Origin: Macrostomum lignano
Taxonomy: Eukaryota
DNA: 64,000 nt
Reading direction: 5' to 3'
Assembly: GCA_002269645.1 (NCBI GenBank)
Contig: NIVC01001391.1
Location: forward strand, 1 to 64,000
Below, one piece after another: positions 60,483 through 64,000 of this stretch. The notes under the pieces were generated by a model that did no database searches, was not told the DNA's origin, and saw nothing but the letters and a program-made list of their open reading frames with translations. The first letter of the stretch is position 1; each line of letters opens with the position of its first letter. The position numbers and the translations under genes are program-made.

Positions 60483-63266
60483 TTTCAGTCATGTGCTGAG
60501 CTGCATCATCTGCCTTCTTGTCTGCCCTGTTTCTCGACTTCCCCAACCTTACTCTCTTTCCTACGCTGTACATGTTCTCAGGGACACATGGGGCTCTCCT
60601 TAGGTTTCTGCAGCTTGTAGACTCGCCCCCCCCCAGTTCCTCTGGCTTTCTCCCTTCCTCAGTGGTCTCCTTGGTCTCGACTCAACAAACCGCAAGACTT
60701 GCTCAGCATGTGGCTGGGTCTGATTAAGGGGAAAATATCCTGTTCTTTTGCTGCTCGCTTCCGGTTTGACAGGAATACAGGAAAACCGAGTGTGGTGTTT
60801 GGGCTCACTGCTTATTCAATATTTTGAACCGTCTTCAAGGATTACCCACCGTACTTTAATGTTCCCTTGTCTCCGCGACCCCCTTTCTCTTCATCCCAGA
60901 CTCCCCGATCCCCTTCATCTCCACCCAGACTCCCGATCCCCTTCAGCTCCATCCCAGACTCCCCATCGCCTTCATCTCAATCCCCATCCCAGACTCCCCG
61001 ATCCCCTTCATCTCCATCTCCATCCCAAACTCCTAATCCCCTTCAGCTCCATCCCAGACTCCCGATCAGTTTCATCTCCATCTCCATCCCAGACTCCCGA
61101 TCAGTTTCATCTCCATCTCCATCCCAGACTCCCCGATCCCCTTCATCTCCATCTCCATCCCAAACTCCTAATCCCCTTCAGCTCCATCCCAGACTCCCGA
61201 TCAGTTTCATCTCCATCTCCATCCTAGACTCCCCGATCCCCTTCACCTCCATCTCCATCCCAAACTCCTAATCCCCTTCAGCTCCATCCCAGACTCCCGA
61301 TCAGTTTCATCTCCATCTCCATCCCAGACTCCCGACCCCCTTCATCTCCATCTCCATCCCAGACTCCCGATCCCCTTCATCTCCATCTCCATCCCAGACT
61401 CCCGATCCCCTTTATCTCTATCCTCATCCCAGACTCCCTGATTCCTTTCTGTTTCCCCCCTATCGAAAATCGGACGTATTCTCTCAAAGTCCTTTCGCTA
61501 CCCAATAACTATTAGTAGTTTTGATCCCATTTTGATCCCAAGCCTCCCTCCCCTCTGCTCCCGGCCGTCAGGTACTCGGGCAGCTCAGAGATGCGGCCGT
61601 TCGCGTTCCGCACGCACGCCCACGCGCTCAGCCGGGCCATTGTCGGCTACCGCCTGAGCCCCGACCTGCAGGATGTGCAGGAGATCGGGCGGGCCAGCCC
61701 GCAGTGGGCGCAGGCCTTCTACCCGGCCAGACCGGGCATCTCCATCAGAAACGGCGACTACCTGGCGGCCAGGTGCGTCTACGACGCCACCGGCGAGACT
61801 CAGGCGCACCACATCGGCTCGACTCACAACGACGAGATGTGCAACTTCTACATCATGTTCTCCACGCCGGCCGGGGCCAAGCTCGGTGACATCTTCTCCT
61901 GCGGCGGCGGCGGCCCGGACGCTTCGACGGAGTCGCGCCGGCTTTGGCGCAAAATCCCGCAGGACTCGCTGGACTATCTGCCCAGCGAGGCGCCCGCCGA
62001 CGCCTTTGCCTACGCGGCCAAGGCTACGGCGCCGAGGAAGGGCGTCCCGCACCCGCCTCCGGCCGCGGCTGCTGCGCATAAAGTGGCCGCTGTGCCCGAC
62101 TGGCCGCGGCCGGGTGGCCGGCAGCTCGGACAGGTGGGGGGCGCCTTCTGCTGCTGCTGGGGTGGTGTGGGGATGGGATGGACCAAGGCTCAGGGGTTGG
62201 AGTTGGGGTTCAGGGGTGGAGTTTAGAGTTCAAGAGATGGAATTTAGGGTTCAGGGGTGGAGTTTAGGGTCAGGGGTGGAGTTTATGGTTCAAGAGATGG
62301 AATTTAGGGTTCAGGGGTGGAGTTTATGGTTCAAGAGATGGAATTTAGGGTTCAGGGGTGGAGTTTAGGGTTCAGGGGTAGAGTTTAGAGTTCAGGGGTG
62401 GAGTTTAGGGTTCAGGGGTGGAGTTTATGGTTCAAGAGATGGAATTTAGGGTTCAGGGGTGGAGTTTAGGGTTCAGGGTGGAGTTTAGGTTCCAGGGGTG
62501 GAGTTAAGGGTTCAGGGTGAAGTTTAGGATTCAGGGGTGAAGTTTAGGGTTCAGGGGTGGAGTTTAGGGTTCAGGGGTGAAGTTTAGGTTTCAGGGGTGG
62601 AGTTTAGGGTTCAGGGGTGGAGTTTAGGGTTCAGGGGTGGAGTTTAGGGTTCAGGGGTGGAGTTTAGGGTTCAGGGGTGGAGTTTATGGTTCAGGGGTGG
62701 AGTTTAGGGTTCAGGGGTGGAGTTTAGGGTTCAGGGGTGGAATTTAGGGTTCAGGGGTGGAGTTTAGGGTTCAGGGGTGGAGTTTAGGGTTCAGGGGTGG
62801 AGTTTAGGGTTCAGGGGTGGAGTTTAGGGTTCAGGGGTGGAGTTTAGGTTTCAGGGGTGGATTTTAGGGTTCAGGGATGGAATTTAGGGTTCAGGTTTCA
62901 AGGGATGTGATGGAGTTTAGCCTGATCAAAAAGATCTCATTTATCGGTCACCGCTGACACCGACCGAACCCCCCCCTCCCCCCTGCTGCTCATCCGGCAG
63001 ATCAGCGGAGTTGCCGCAGGTCCAGACGGCCGAGTCTTCGTGTTCCACCGCGGCGCCAGGGTGTGGGGCCCAGGCGCCTTCGACCCGGACAACCGGCTGT
63101 CGACGCGCTACAGAGCGAGGGCGCCATCAACGAGGACACGGTGCTGGAGCTGGATGCCAGCGGCGGGGTGATCTCCGGCTGGGGCCGCGGAGTCTTCTTC
63201 ATGCCCCACAGCCTGAACATTGACGCCCAGGGCAACTTCTGGATCACTGATGTCGGATTGCATCAG
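58254..63266 (+). CDS. PAM: Bifunctional peptidylglycine alpha-amidating monooxygenase (PHM + PAL), 5' part; continues beyond the window
   Basis: Exons 58254-58849, 61572-62133 and 63001-63266. Signal peptide; PHM motifs DDSYLC, AHHVLLYGC, YAWA, QVHY, RTHAH, QAFYP, DEMCNFY; in-frame PAL start DWP..GQISGVA, VFHRG, FFMPHSL, WITDVGLHQ. One apparent 1-bp deletion near 63111. Confidence 0.95.
58895..59235. repeat. 24/26-bp minisatellite (GGAGTGTCGGAGGGGATACCCGCT), PAM intron 1
   Basis: Direct tandem copies about 45 nt after the donor. Confidence 0.93.
59725..60275. repeat. 51-bp minisatellite, about 11 copies, PAM intron 1
   Basis: 17-codon periodicity in ORF 59721-60320. Confidence 0.95.
60397..60480. 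repeat. (CT)n microsatellite
   Basis: 84-nt pure CT run. Confidence 0.98.
60880..61440. repeat. C-rich compound minisatellite (CATCCCAGACTCCCGATCCCCTTCATCTCCATCTC-like), PAM intron 1
   Basis: Recurring words in tandem, ending about 130 nt before the acceptor. Confidence 0.85.
62200..62895. repeat. 20-bp G-rich minisatellite (GGGGTGGAGTTTAGGGTTCA), PAM intron 2
   Basis: Direct tandem copies, each containing TTAGGG. Confidence 0.95.
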
Positions 63267-63279
63267 GTTGGGATCCCGG

Positions 63280-64000
63280 ATGGACTGTCACTCATTTCTG
63301 ATTGACTGTCACTCATTTCAGAATGGCTGTCACTCATTTCTGCTTGACTGTCACTCATTTCTGATTGACTGTCACTCATTTCTGATTGACTGTCACTCAT
63401 TTCTGCTTGACTGTCACTCATTTCTGATTGACTGTCACTCATTTCTGATTGACTGTCACTCATTTCTGATTGACTGTCACTCATTTCTGATTGACTGTCA
63501 CTCATTTCAGAATGGCTGTCACTAATTTCTGCTTGACTGTCACTCATTTCAGAATGGCTGTCACTCATTTCTGATTGACTGTCACTCATTTCAGAATGAC
63601 TGTCACTCATTTCTGATCGACTGTCACTCATTTCAGAATGACTGTCACTCATTTCTGATTGACTGTCACTCATTTCAGAATGACTGTCACTCATTTCTGA
63701 TTGACTGTCACTCATTTCAGAATGACTGTCACTCATTTCTGATTGACTGTCACTCATTTCAGAATGGCTGTCACTCATTTCAGAATGACTGTCACTCATT
63801 TCTGATTGACTGTCACTCATTTCAGAATGGCTGTCACTCATTTCTGCTTGACTGTCACTCATTTCAGAATGGCTGTCACTCATTTCTGATTGACTGTCAC
63901 TCATTTCTGATTGACTGTCACTCATTTCTGATTGACTGTCACTCATTTCAGAATGGCTGTCACTCATTTCTGCTTGACTGTCACTCATTTCAGAATGGCT
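63280..64000. repeat. 21-bp minisatellite (GACTGTCACTCATTTCTGATT and variants), PAM intron 3
   Basis: Direct tandem copies from about 15 nt after the donor to the window end. Confidence 0.96.

Noticed and set aside
62200-62895. Interstitial telomere or chromosome-fusion scar
   Set aside because: TTAGGG occurs once per 20-bp unit, never as a hexamer run, and there is no head-to-head junction.
56012-63266. Knottin as the dedicated amidation substrate of neighbouring PAM
   Set aside because: The precursor ends CIPR-stop with no C-terminal Gly, so PAM chemistry cannot act on the predicted mature peptide. Only possible co-regulation is retained.
19128-64000. Long ORFs over tandem repeats (e.g. 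27469-29139, 48923-50138, 20607-21458, 51175-52341, 53935-55519, 63263-63988)
   Set aside because: They are stop-free translations of minisatellite units, often open in several frames and on both strands, and many lie inside introns of well-supported genes.

Overview
Metazoan genomic DNA with GT-AG introns, GC-rich exons and roughly 20 kb (about 30%) of minisatellite arrays. The style resembles the free-living flatworm Macrostomum, but that is an impression from sequence style, not a database result. Genes reconstructed by hand: two tandem KY/hillarin-family (transglutaminase-like) genes, one with a Cys/His/Glu triad and one lacking the catalytic Cys, plus a third-paralog fragment; a six-exon GRK2/3 kinase (minus); an RNF144-type RBR ubiquitin ligase; a small two-TM ORF; a very divergent class A GPCR; a single-exon secreted knottin (conotoxin/calcin-like) precursor; and the 5' part of a bifunctional PAM (PHM+PAL) that runs off the window. 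Mobile elements: a young non-autonomous LTR element (identical 310-bp LTRs, 5-bp TSD, tRNA-Lys PBS, PPT) whose interior is a patterned satellite and which sits about 50 nt after the knottin stop codon; two tRNA-derived CORE-like SINEs; foldback/MITE-like elements; and a probable Penelope-like tail with a minimal hammerhead-like core. Most long ORFs in the supplied track are artefacts of stop-free tandem repeats. There is no CRISPR array and no rRNA or true tRNA gene. All coordinates, counts and alignments were made by eye.
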